Assembly (NCBI GenBank): GCA_046563655.1
Contig: JAJCTO010000010.1
Coordinates: 62,001-126,000 of the forward strand
Direction of reading: 5' to 3'
DNA length: 64,000 bases
From: Yuukianura sp. NJ FZ-2021
Taxonomy: Eukaryota
The notes beneath the pieces were generated by a model that worked only from the letters and a program-made list of their open reading frames with translations, ran no database searches and was not told where the DNA came from. Of the stretch, positions 43,101 through 58,100 are shown in pieces. Position 1 is the first letter of the stretch. Each line of letters opens with the position of its first letter. A program made the position numbers and the translations under genes.

Positions 43101-46100
43101 TCGCTTTCGAAGTACCACAAATGCTTTTAAAGACCTGTCAAACACACAACACAAAACGGTGTCAGGGATAACGTTTTGAATGCTGCAATGTGGCACTTAC
43201 AATATATCGCAATTCAGGCAGGCGAGAGCCCCATGATACATAAGTTTTTGGGTTCACAACTGCGATTAAAAAAACACGAGTTCTAGTTTGTGTTGGAAAT
43301 TTGCAATATTTCACGGATTACATGGCATGACGTTGCTTCTTACATAAGACTGAAACAGCACGAAAATCGACGCATTGATTCACTTTGAAGTACCACAAAT
43401 GCTTTTAAAGACCTGCAAAATACACAACACCAAACGGTTTCACGGATAACGTTTTGAATGCTGCAATATGGCACTTACAATATATCGCAATTCAGGCAGG
43501 CGAGAGCCCCATGATACATAAGTTTTTGGGTTCACAACTGCGATTAAAAAAACACGAGTTCTAGTTTGTATTGGAAATTTGCCATATTTCACTGATTACA
43601 TAGCATGACGTTGCTTCTTACATAAGACTGAAACTGCCGGAAAATCGACGCATTGATTCGCTTTCGAAGTACCACAAATGCTTTTAAAGACCTGTCAAAC
43701 ACACAACACAAAACGGTGTCAGGGATAACGTTTTGAATGCTGCAATGTGGCACTTACAATATATCGCAATTCAGGCAGGCGAGAGCCCCATGATACATAA
43801 GTTTTTGGGTTCACAACTGCGATTAAAAAAACACGAGTTCTAGTTTGTATTGGAAATTTGCCATATTTCACTGATTACATAGCATGGCGTTGCTTCTTAC
43901 ATAAGACTGTAACTGCCGGAAAATCGACGCATTGATTCGCTTTCGAAGTACCACAAATGCTTTTAAAGACCTGTCAAACACACAACACAAAACGGTGTCA
44001 GGGATAACGTTTTGAATGCTGCAATGTGGCACTTACAATATATCGCAATTCAGGCAGGCGAGAGCCCCATGATACATAAGTTTTTGGGTTCACAACTGCG
44101 ATTAAAAAAACACAAGTTCTAGTTTGTGTTGGAAATTTGCAATATTTCACGGATTACATGACATGACGTTGCTTCTTACATAAGACTGAAACTGCCGGAA
44201 AATCGACGCATTGATTCACTTTGAAGTACCACAAATGTGTTTAAAGACCTGCCAAATACACAACACAAAACGGTTTCAGGGATAACGTTTGAATGCTGCA
44301 ATATGGCACTTACAATATATCGCAATTCAGGCAGGCGAGAGCCCCATGATACATAAGTTTTTGGGTTCACAACTGCGATTAAAAAAACACGAGTTCTAGT
44401 TTGTATTGGAAATTTGCTATATTTCACTGATTACATAGCATGACGTTGCTTCTTACATAAGACTGTAACTGCCGGAAAATCGACGCATTGATTCGCTTTC
44501 GAAGTACCACAAATGCTTTTAAAGACCTGTCAAACACACAACACAAAACGGTGTCAGGGATAACGTTTTGAATGCTGCAATGTGGCACTTACAATATATC
44601 GCAATTCAGGCAGGCGAGAGCCCCATGATACATAAGTTTTTGGGTTCACAACTGCGATTAAAAAAACACGAGTTCTAGTTTGTGTTGGAAATTTGCAATA
44701 TTTCACGGATTACATGGCATGACGTTGGTTCTTACATAAAACTGAAACAGCACGAAAATCGACGCATTGATTCACTTTGAAGTACCACAAATGCTTTTAA
44801 AGACCTGCAAAATACACAACACCAAACGGTTTCACGGATAACGTTTTGAATGCTGCAATGTGGCACTTACAATATATCGCAATTCAGGCAGGCGAGAGCC
44901 CCATGATACATAAGTTTTTGGGTTCACAACTGCGATTAAAAAAACACGAGTTCTAGTTTGTATTGGAAATTTGCCATATTTCACTGATTACATAGCATGA
45001 CGTTGCTTCTTACATAAGACTGAAACTGCCGGAAAATCGACGCATTGATTCGCTTTCGAAGTACCACAAATGCTTTTAAAGACCTGTCAAACACACAACA
45101 CAAAACGGTGTCAGGGATAACGTTTTGAATGCTGCAATGTGGCACTTACAATATATCGCAATTCAGGCAGGCGAGAGCCCCATGATACATAAGTTTTTGG
45201 GTTCACAACTGCGATTAAAAAAACACGAGTTCTAGTTTGTATTGGAAATTTGCCATATTTCACTGATTACATAGCATGACGTTGCTTCTTACATAAGACT
45301 GTAACTGCCGGAAAATCGACGCATTGATTCGCTTTCGAAGTACCACAAATGCTTTTAAAGACCTGTCAAACACACAACACAAAACGGTGTCAGGGATAAC
45401 GTTTTGAATGCTGCAATGTGGCACTTACAATATATCGCAATTCAGGCAGGCGAGAGCCCCATGATACATAAGTTTTTGGGTTCACAACTGCGATTAAAAA
45501 AACACAAGTTCTAGTTTGTGTTGGAAATTTGCAATATTTCACGGATTACATGACATGACGTTGCTTCTTACATAAGACTGAAACAGCACGAAAATCGACG
45601 CATTGATTCACTTTGAAGTACCACAAATGTTTTTAAAGACCTGCCAAATACATAACACAAAACGGTGTCAGGGATAACGTTTTGAATGCTGCAATGTGGC
45701 ACTTACAATATATCGCAATTCAGGCAGGCGAGAGCCCCATGATACATAAGTTTTTGGGTTCACAACTGCGATTAAAAAAACACGAGTTCTAGTTTGTATT
45801 GGAAATTTGCCATATTTCACTGATTACATAGCATGACGTTGCTTCTTACATAAGACTGTAACTGCCGGAAAATCGACGCATTGATTCGCTTTCGAAGTAC
45901 CACAAATGCTTTTAAAGACCTGTCAAACACACAACACAAAACGGTGTCAGGGATAACGTTTTGAATGCTGCAATGTGGCACTTACAATATATCGCAATTC
46001 AGGCAGGCGAGAGCCCCATGATACATAAGTTTTTGGGTTCACAACTGCGATTAAAAAAACACAAGTTCTAGTTTGTGTTGGAAATTTGCAATATTTCACG

Positions 46101-49100
46101 GATTACATGACATGACGTTGCTTCTTACATAAGACTGAAACAGCACGAAAATCGACGCATTGATTCACTTTGAAGTACCACAAATGTGTTTAAAGACCTG
46201 CCAAATACACAACACCAAACGGTTTCAGGGATAACGTTTGAATGCTGCAATATGGCACTTACAATATATCGCAATTCAGGCAGGCGAGAGCCCCATGATA
46301 CATAAGTTTTTGGGTTCACAACTGCGATTAAAAAAACACGAGTTCTAGTTTGTATTGGAAATTTGCTATATTTCACTGATTACATAGCATGACGTTGCTT
46401 CTTACATAAGACTGTAACTGCCGGAAAATCGACGCATTGATTCGCTTTCGAAGTACCACAAATGCTTTTAAAGACCTGTCAAACACACAACACAAAACGG
46501 TGTCAGGGATAACGTTTTGAATGCTGCAATGTGGCACTTACAATATATCGCAATTCAGGCAGGCGAGAGCCCCATGATACATAAGTTTTTGGGTTCACAA
46601 CTGCGATTAAAAAAACACAAGTTCTAGTTTGTGTTGGAAATTTGCAATATTTCACGGATTACATGACATGACGTTGCTTCTTACATAAGACTGAAACAGC
46701 ACGAAAATCGACGCATTGATTCACTTTGAAGTACCACAAATGTTTTTAAAGACCTGCCAAATACACAACACAAAACGGTGTCAGGGATAACGTTTTGAAT
46801 GCTGCAATGTGGCACTTACAATATATCGCAATTCAGGCAGGCGAGAGCCCCATGATACATAAGTTTTTGGGTTCACAACTGCGATTAAAAAAACACGAGT
46901 TCTAGTTTGTATTGGAAATTTGCCATATTTCACTGATTACATAGCATGACGTTGCTTCTTACATAAGACTGTAACTGCCGGAAAATCGACGCATTGATTC
47001 GCTTTCGAAGTACCACAAATGCTTTTAAAGACCTGTCAAACACACAACACAAAACGGTGTCAGGGATAACGTTTTGAATGCTGCAATGTGGCACTTACAA
47101 TATATCGCAATTCAGGCAGGCGAGAGCCCCATGATACATAAGTTTTTGGGTTCACAACTGCGATTAAAAAAACACGAGTTCTAGTTTGTGTTGGAAATTT
47201 GCCATATTTCACTGATTACATAGCATGGCGTTGCTTCTTACATAAGACTGTAACTGCCGGAAAATCGACGCATTGATTCGCTTTCGAAGTACCACAAATG
47301 CTTTTAAAGACCTGTCAAACACACAACACAAAACGGTGTCAGGGATAACGTTTTGAATGCTGCAATGTGGCACTTACAATATATCGCAATTCAGGCAGGC
47401 GAGAGCCCCATGATACATAAGTTTTTGGGTTCACAACTGCGATTAAAAAAACACAAGTTCTAGTTTGTGTTGGAAATTTGCAATATTTCACGGATTACAT
47501 GACATGACGTTGCTTCTTACATAAGACTGAAACAGCACGAAAATCGACGCATTGATTCACTTTGAAGTACCACAAATGCTTTTAAAGACCTGCAAAATAC
47601 ACAACACCAAACGGTTTCACGGATAACGTTTTGAATGCTGCAATATGGCACTTACAATATATCGCAATCCAGGCAGGCGAGAGCCCAATGATATATAAGT
47701 TTTTGGGTTCACAACTGCAATCAAAAAAACACGAGCTCTAGTTTGTATTGGAAATTTGCTATATTTCACTGATTACATAGCATGGCGTTGCTTCTTACAT
47801 AAGACTGTAACTGCCGGAAAATCGACGCATTGATTCGCTTTCGAAGTACCACAAATGCTTTTAAAGACCTGTCAAACACACAACACAAAACGGTGTCAGG
47901 GATAACGTTTTGAATGCTGCAATGTGGCACTTACAATATATCGCAATTCAGGCAGGCGAGAGCCCCATGATACATAAGTTTTTGGGTTCACAACTGCGAT
48001 TAAAAAAACACAAGTTCTAGTTTGTGTTGGAAATTTGCAATATTTCACGGATTACATGACATGACGTTGCTTCTTACATAAGACTGAAACAGCGGAAAAA
48101 TCGACGCATTGATTCACTTTGAAGTACCACAAATGCTTTTAAAGACCTGCAAAATACACAACACCAAACGGTTTCACGGATAACGTTTTGAATGCTGCAA
48201 TATGGCACTTACAATATATCGCAATTCAGGCAGGCGAGAGCCCCATGATACATAAGTTTTTGGGTTCACAACTGCGATTAAAAAAACACGAGTTCTAGTT
48301 TGTATTGGAAATTTGCCATATTTCACTGATTACATAGCATGACGTTGCTTCTTACATAAGACTGAAACTGCCGGAAAATCGACGCATTGATTCGCTTTCG
48401 AAGTACCACAAATGCTTTTAAAGACCTGTCAAACACACAACACAAAACGGTGTCAGGGATAACGTTTTGAATGCTGCAATGTGGCACTTACAATATATCG
48501 CAATTCAGGCAGGCGAGAGCCCCATGATACATAAGTTTTTGGGTTCACAACTGCGATTAAAAAAACACGAGTTCTAGTTTGTATTGGAAATTTGCCATAT
48601 TTCACTGATTACATAGCATGACGTTGCTTCTTACATAAGACTGTAACTGCCGGAAAATCGACGCATTGATTCGCTTTCGAAGTACCACAAATGCTTTTAA
48701 AGACCTGTCAAACACACAACACAAAACGGTGTCAGGGATAACGTTTTGAATGCTGCAATGTGGCACTTACAATATATCGCAATTCAGGCAGGCGAGAGCC
48801 CCATGATACATAAGTTTTTGGGTTCACAACTGCGATTAAAAAAACACGAGTTCTAGTTTGTGTTGGAAATTTGCAATATTTCACGGATTACATGACATGA
48901 CGTTGCTTCTTAGATAAGACTGAAACAGGACGAAAATCGACGCATTGATTCACTTTGAAGTACCACAAATGTTTTTAAAGACCTGCCAAATACACAACAC
49001 CAAACGGTTTCAGGGATAACGTTTGAATGCTGCAATGTGGCACTTACAATATATCGCAATTCAGGCAGGCGAGAGCCCCATGATACATAAGTTTTTGGGT

Positions 49101-52100
49101 TCACAACTGCGATTAAAAAAAACACGAGTTCTAGTTTGTATTGGAAATTTGCCATATTTCAGTGATTACATAGCATGACGTTGCTTCTTACATAAGACTG
49201 TAACTGCCGGAAAATCGACGCATTGATTCGCTTTCGAAGTACCACAAATGCTTTTAAAGACCTGTCAAACACACAACACAAAACGGTGTCAGGGATAACG
49301 TTTTGAATGCTGCAATGTGGCACTTACAATATATCGCAATTCAGGCAGGCGAGAGCCCCATGATACATAAGTTTTTGGGTTCACAACTGCGATTAAAGAA
49401 CACGAGTTCTAGTTTGTATTGGAAATTTGCCATATTTCACTGATTACATAGCATGACGTTGCTTCTTACATAAGACTGTAACTGCCGGAAAATCGACGCA
49501 TTGATTCGCTTTCGAAGTACCACAAATGCTTTTAAAGACCTGTCAAACACACAACACAAAACGGTGTCAGGGATAACGTTTTGAATGCTGCAATGTGGCA
49601 CTTACAATATATCGCAATTCAGGCAGGCGAGAGCCCCATGATACATAAGTTTTTGGGTTCACAACTGCGATTAAAAAAACACGAGTTCTAGTTTGTGTTG
49701 GAAATTTGCCATATTTCAGTGATTACATAGCATGACGTTGCTTCTTACATAAGACTGTAACTGCCGGAAAATCGACGCATTGATTCGCTTTCGAAGTACC
49801 ACAAATGTTTTTAAAGACCTGCCAAATACACAACACCAAACGGTTTCAGGGATAACGTTTTGAATGCTGCAATGTGGCACTTACAATATATCGCAATTCA
49901 GGCAGGCGAGAGCCCCATGATACATAAGTTTTTGGGTTCACAACTGCGATTAAAAAAACACGAGTTCTAGTTTGTATTGGAAATTTGCCATATTTCACTG
50001 ATTACATAGCATGACGTTGCTTCTTACATAAGACTGTAACTGCCGGAAAATCGACGCATTGATTCGCTTTCGAAGTACCACAAATGCTTTTAAAGACCTG
50101 TCAAACACACAACACAAAACGGTGTCAGGGATAACGTTTTGAATGCTGCAATGTGGCACTTACAATATATCGCAATTCAGGCAGGCGAGAGCCCCATGAT
50201 ACATAAGTTTTTGGGTTCACAACTGCGATTAAAAAAACACGAGTTCTAGTTTGTATTGGAAATTTGCTATATTTCACTGATTACATAGCATGACGTTGCT
50301 TCTTACATAAGACTGTAACTGCCGGAAAATCGACGCATTGATTCGCTTTCGAAGTACCACAAATGCTTTTAAAGACCTGTCAAACACACAACACAAAACG
50401 GTGTCAGGGATAACGTTTTGAATGCTGCAATGTGGCACTTACAATATATCGCAATTCAGGCAGGCGAGAGCCCCATGATACATAAGTTTTTGGGTTCACA
50501 ACTGCGATTAAAAAAACACGAGTTCTAGTTTGTGTTGGAAATTTGCCATATTTCACTGATTACATAGCATGGCGTTGCTTCTTACATAAGACTGTAACTG
50601 CCGGAAAATCGACGCATTGATTCGCTTTCGAAGTACCACAAATGCTTTTAAAGACCTGTCAAACACACAACACAAAACGGTGTCAGGGATAACGTTTTGA
50701 ATGCTGCAATGTGGCACTTACAATATATCGCAATTCAGGCAGGCGAGAGCCCCATGATACATAAGTTTTTGGGTTCACAACTGCGATTAAAAAAACACGA
50801 GTTCTAGTTTGTGTTGGAAATTTGCCATATTTCACTGATTACATAGCATGACGTTGCTTCTTACATAAGACTGAAACTGCCGGAAAATCGACGCATTGAT
50901 TCGCTTTCGAAGTACCACAAATGCTTTTAAAGACCTGTCAAACACACAACACAAAACGGTGTCAGGGATAACGTTTTGAATGCTGCAATGTGGCACTTAC
51001 AATATATCGCAATTCAGGCAGGCGAGAGCCCCATGATACATAAGTTTTTGGGTTCACAACTGCGATTAAAGAACACGAGTTCTAGTTTGTATTGGAAATT
51101 TGCCATATTTCACTGATTACATAGCATGACGTTGCTTCTTACATAAGACTGTAACTGCCGGAAAATCGACGCATTGATTCGCTTTCGAAGTACCACAAAT
51201 GCTTTTAAAGACCTGTCAAACACACAACACAAAACGGTGTCAGGGATAACGTTTTGAATGCTGCAATGTGGCACTTACAATATATCGCAATTCAGGCAGG
51301 CGAGAGCCCCATGATACATAAGTTTTTGGGTTCACAACTGCGATTAAAAAAACACAAGTTCTAGTTTGTGTTGGAAATTTGCAATATTTCACGGATTACA
51401 TGACATGACGTTGCTTCTTACATAAGACTGAAACAGCGGAAAAATCGACGCATTGATTCACTTTGAAGTACCACAAATGCTTTTAAAGACCTGCAAAATA
51501 CACAACACCAAACGGTTTCACGGATAACGTTTTGAATGCTGCAATATGGCACTTACAATATATCGCAATTCAGGCAGGCGAGAGCCCCATGATACATAAG
51601 TTTTTGGGTTCACAACTGCGATTAAAAAAACACGAGTTCTAGTTTGTATTGGAAATTTGCCATATTTCACTGATTACATAGCATGACGTTGCTTCTTACA
51701 TAAGACTGTAACTGCCGGAAAATCGACGCATTGATTCGCTTTCGAAGTACCACAAATGCTTTTAAAGACCTGTCAAACACACAACACAAAACGGTGTCAG
51801 GGATAACGTTTTGAATGCTGCAATGTGGCACTTACAATATATCGCAATTCAGGCAGGCGAGAGCCCCATGATACATAAGTTTTTGGGTTCACAACTGCGA
51901 TTAAAAAAACACGAGTTCTAGTTTGTGTTGGAAATTTGCAATATTTCACGGATTACATGACATGACGTTGCTTCTTAGATAAGACTGAAACAGGACGAAA
52001 ATCGACGCATTGATTCACTTTGAAGTACCACAAATGTTTTTAAAGACCTGCCAAATACACAACACCAAACGGTTTCAGGGATAACGTTTGAATGCTGCAA

Positions 52101-55100
52101 TGTGGCACTTACAATATATCGCAATTCAGGCAGGCGAGAGCCCCATGATACATAAGTTTTTGGGTTCACAACTGCGATTAAAAAAACACGAGTTCTAGTT
52201 TGTATTGGAAATTTGCCATATTTCACTGATTACATAGCATGACGTTGCTTCTTACATAAGACTGTAACTGCCGGAAAATCGACGCATTGATTCGCTTTCG
52301 AAGTACCACAAATGCTTTTAAAGACCTGTCAAACACACAACACAAAACGGTGTCAGGGATAACGTTTTGAATGCTGCAATGTGGCACTTACAATATATCG
52401 CAATTCAGGCAGGCGAGAGCCCCATGATACATAAGTTTTTGGGTTCACAACTGCGATTAAAAAAACACGAGTTCTAGTTTGTGTTGGAAATTTGCCATAT
52501 TTCACTGATTACATAGCATGGCGTTGCTTCTTACATAAGACTGTAACTGCCGGAAAATCGACGCATTGATTCGCTTTCGAAGTACCACAAATGCTTTTAA
52601 AGACCTGTCAAACACACAACACAAAACGGTGTCAGGGATAACGTTTTGAATGCTGCAATGTGGCACTTACAATATATCGCAATTCAGGCAGGCGAGAGCC
52701 CCATGATACATAAGTTTTTGGGTTCACAACTGCGATTAAAAAAACACGAGTTCTAGTTTGTGTTGGAAATTTGCCATATTTCACTGATTACATAGCATGA
52801 CGTTGCTTCTTACATAAGACTGAAACTGCCGGAAAATCGACGCATTGATTCGCTTTCGAAGTACCACAAATGCTTTTAGAGACCTGTCAAACACACAACA
52901 CAAAACGGTGTCAGGGATAACGTTTTGAATGCTGCAATGTGGCACTTACAATATATCGCAATTCAGGCAGGCGAGAGCCCCATGATACATAAGTTTTTGG
53001 GTTCACAACTGCGATTAAAAAAACACGAGTTCTAGTTTGTATTGGAAATTTGCCATATTTCACTGATTACATAGCATGACGTTGCTTCTTACATAAGACT
53101 GTAACTGCCGGAAAATCGACGCATTGATTCGCTTTCGAAGTACCACAAATGCTTTTAAAGACCTGTCAAACACACAGCACAAAACGGTGTCAGGGATAAC
53201 GTTTTGAATGCTGCAATGTGGCACTTACAATATATCGCAATTCAGGCAGGCGAGAGCCCCATGATACATAAGTTTTTGGGTTCACAACTGCGATTAAAAA
53301 AACACAAGTTCTAGTTTGTGTTGGAAATTTGCAATATTTCACGGATTACATGACATGACGTTGCTTCTTACATAAGACTGAAACAGCGGAAAAATCGACG
53401 CATTGATTCACTTTGAAGTACCACAAATGCTTTTAAAGACCTGCAAAATACACAACACCAAACGGTTTCACGGATAACGTTTTGAATGCTGCAATGTGGC
53501 ACTTACAATATATCGCAATTCAGGCAGGCGAGAGCCCATGATACATAAGTTTTTGGGTTCACAACTGCGATTAAAAAAACACGAGTTCTAGTTTGTGTTG
53601 GAAATTTGCCATATTTCACTGATTACATAGCATGGCGTTGCTTCTTACATAAGACTGTAACTGCCGGAAAATCGACGCATTGATTCGCTTTCGAAGTACC
53701 ACAAATGCTTTTAAAGACCTGTCAAACACACAACACAAAACGGTGTCAGGGATAACGTTTTGAATGCTGCAATGTGGCACTTACAATATATCGCAATTCA
53801 GGCAGGCGAGAGCCCCATGATACATAAGTTTTTGGGTTCACAACTGCGATTAAAAAAACACGAGTTCTAGTTTGTGTTGGAAATTTGCCATATTTCACTG
53901 ATTACATAGCATGACGTTGCTTCTTACATAAGACTGAAACTGCCGGAAAATCGACGCATTGATTCGCTTTCGAAGTACCACAAATGCTTTTAAAGACCTG
54001 TCAAACACACAACACAAAACGGTGTCAGGGATAACGTTTTGAATGCTGCAATGTGGCACTTACAATATATCGCAATTCAGGCAGGCGAGAGCCCCATGAT
54101 ACATAAGTTTTTGGGTTCACAACTGCGATTAAAAAAACACGAGTTCTAGTTTGTATTGGAAATTTGCCATATTTCACTGATTACATAGCATGACGTTGCT
54201 TCTTACATAAGACTGTAACTGCCGGAAAATCGACGCATTGATTCGCTTTCGAAGTACCACAAATGCTTTTAAAGACCTGTCAAACACACAGCACAAAACG
54301 GTGTCAGGGATAACGTTTTGAATGCTGCAATGTGGCACTTACAATATATCGCAATTCAGGCAGGCGAGAGCCCCATGATACATAAGTTTTTGGGTTCACA
54401 ACTGCGATTAAAAAAACACAAGTTCTAGTTTGTGTTGGAAATTTGCAATATTTCACGGATTACATGACATGACGTTGCTTCTTAGATAAGACTGAAACAG
54501 GACGAAAATCGACGCATTGATTCACTTTGAAGTACCACAAATGTTTTTAAAGACCTGCCAAATACACAACACCAAACGGTTTCAGGGATAACGTTTTGAA
54601 TGCTGCAATGTGGCACTTACAATATATCGCAATTCAGGCAGGCGAGAGCCCCATGATACATAAGTTTTTGGGTTCACAACTGCGATTAAAAAAACACGAG
54701 TTCTAGTTTGTATTGGAAATTTGCCATATTTCACTGATTACATAGCATGACGTTGCTTCTTACATAAGACTGTAACTGCCGGAAAATCGACGCATTGATT
54801 CGCTTTCGAAGTACCACAAATGCTTTTAAAGACCTGTCAAACACACAACACAAAACGGTGTCAGGGATAACGTTTTGAATGCTGCAATGTGGCACTTACA
54901 ATATATCGCAATTCAGGCAGGCGAGAGCCCCATGATACATAAGTTTTTGGGTTCACAACTGCGATTAAAAAAACACAAGTTCTAGTTTGTGTTGGAAATT
55001 TGCAATATTTCACGGATTACATGACATGACGTTGCTTCTTAGATAAGACTGAAACAGGACGAAAATCGACGCATTGATTCACTTTGAAGTACCACAAATG

Positions 55101-58100
55101 TTTTTAAAGACCTGCCAAATACACAACACCAAACGGTTTCAGGGATAACGTTTTGAATGCTGCAATGTGGCACTTACAATATATCGCAATTCAGGCAGGC
55201 GAGAGCCCCATGATACATAAGTTTTTGGGTTCACAACTGCGATTAAAAAAACACGAGTTCTAGTTTGTATTGGAAATTTGCCATATTTCACTGATTACAT
55301 AGCATGACGTTGCTTCTTACATAAGACTGTAACTGCCGGAAAATCGACGCATTGATTCGCTTTCGAAGTACCACAAATGCTTTTAAAGACCTGTCAAACA
55401 CACAACACAAAACGGTGTCAGGGATAACGTTTTGAATGCTGCAATGTGGCACTTACAATATATCGCAATTCAGGCAGGCGAGAGCCCATGATACATAAGT
55501 TTTTGGGTTCACAACTGCGATTAAAAAAACACGAGTTCTAGTTTGTGTTGGAAATTTGCCATATTTCACTGATTACATAGCATGGCGTTGCTTCTTACAT
55601 AAGACTGTAACTGCCGGAAAATCGACGCATTGATTCGCTTTCGAAGTACCACAAATGCTTTTAAAGACCTGTCAAACACACAACACAAAACGGTGTCAGG
55701 GATAACGTTTTGAATGCTGCAATGTGGCACTTACAATATATCGCAATTCAGGCAGGCGAGAGCCCCATGATACATAAGTTTTTGGGTTCACAACTGCGAT
55801 TAAAAAAACACGAGTTCTAGTTTGTATTGGAAATTTGCCATATTTCACTGATTACATAGCATGACGTTGCTTCTTACATAAGACTGTAACTGCCGGAAAA
55901 TCGACGCATTGATTCGCTTTCGAAGTACCACAAATGCTTTTAAAGACCTGTCAAACACACAACACAAAGCGGTGTCAGGGATAACGTTTTGAATGCTGCA
56001 ATGTGGCACTTACAATATATCGCAATTCAGGCAGGCGAGAGCCCCATGATACATAAGTTTTTGGGTTCACAACTGCGATTAAAAAAACACGAGTTCTAGT
56101 TTGTATTGGAAATTTGCCATATTTCACTGATTACATAGCATGACGTTGCTTCTTACATAAGACTGTAACTGCCGGAAAATCGACGCATTGATTCGCTTTC
56201 GAAGTACCACAAATGCTTTTAAAGACCTGTCAAACACACAACACAAAACGGTGTCAGGGATAACGTTTTGAATGCTGCAATGTGGCACTTAGAATATATC
56301 GCAATTCAGGCAGGCGAGAGCCCCATGATACATAAGTTTTTGGGTTTACAACTGCGATTAAAAAAACACGAGTTCTAGTTTGTATTGGAAATTTGCCATA
56401 TTTCACTGATTACATAGCATGACGTTGCTTCTTACATAAGACTGTAACTGCCGGAAAATCGACGCATTGATTCGCTTTCGAAGTACCACAAATGCTTTTA
56501 AAGACCTGTCAAACACACAACACAAAACGGTGTCAGGGATAACGTTTTGAATGCTGCAATGTGGCACTTACAATATATCGCAATTCAGGCAGGCGAGAGC
56601 CCATGATACATAAGTTTTTGGGTTCACAACTGCGATTAAAAAAACACGAGTTCTAGTTTGTGTTGGAAATTTGCCATATTTCACTGATTACATAGCATGG
56701 CATTGCTTCTTACATAAGACTGTAACTGCCGGAAAATCGACGCATTGATTCGCTTTCGAAGTACCACAAATGCTTTTAAAGACCTGTCAAACACACAACA
56801 CAAAACGGTGTCAGGGATAACGTTTTGAATGCTGCAATGTGGCACTTAGAATATATCGCAATTCAGGCAGGCGAGAGCCCCATGATACGTAAGTTTTTGG
56901 GTTCACAACTGCGATTAAAAAAACACGAGTTCTAGTTTGTATTGGAAATTTGCCATATTTCACTGATTACATAGCATGACGTTGCTTCTTACATAAGACT
57001 GTAACTGCCGGAAAATCGACGCATTGATTCGCTTTCGAAGTACCACAAATGCTTTTAAAGACCTGTCAAACACACAACACAAAACGGTGTCAGGGATAAC
57101 GTTTTGAATGCTGCAATGTGGCACTTACAATATATCGCAATTCAGGCAGGCGAGAGCCCATGATACATAAGTTTTTGGGTTCACAACTGCGATTAAAAAA
57201 ACACGAGTTCTAGTTTGTGTTGGAAATTTGCCATATTTCACTGATTACATAGCATGGCATTGCTTCTTACATAAGACTGTAACTGCCGGAAAATCGACGC
57301 ATTGATTCGCTTTCGAAGTACCACAAATGCTTTTAAAGACCTGTCAAACACACAACACAAAACGGTGTCAGGGATAACGTTTTGAATGCTGCAATGTGGC
57401 ACTTACAATATATCGCAATTCAGGCAGGCGAGAGCCCCATGATACATAAGTTTTTGGGTTCACAACTGCGATTAAAAAAACACGAGTTCTAGTTTGTATT
57501 GGAAATTTGCCATATTTCACTGATTACATAGCATGACGTTGCTTCTTACATAAGACTGTAACTGCCGGAAAATCGACGCATTGATTCGCTTTCGAAGTAC
57601 CACAAATGCTTTTAAAGACCTGTCAAACACACAACACAAAACGGTGTCAGGGATAACGTTTTGAATGCTGCAATGTGGCACTTACAATATATCGCAATTC
57701 AGGCAGGCGAGAGCCCATGATACATAAGTTTTTGGGTTCACAACTGCGATTAAAAAACACGAGTTCTAGTTTGTGTTGGAAATTTGCCATATTTCACTGA
57801 TTACATAGCATGGCATTGCTTCTTACATAAGACTGTAACTGCCGGAAAATCGACGCATTGATTCGCTTTCGAAGTACCACAAATGCTTTTAAAGACCTGT
57901 CAAACACACAACACAAAACGGTGTCAGGGATAACGTTTTGAATGCTGCAATGTGGCACTTACAATATATCGCAATTCAGGCAGGCGAGAGCCCCATGATA
58001 CATAAGTTTTTGGGCTCACAACTGCGATTAAAAAAACACGAGTTCTAGTTTGTATTGGAAATTTGCCATATTTCACTGATTACATAGCATGACGTTGCTT

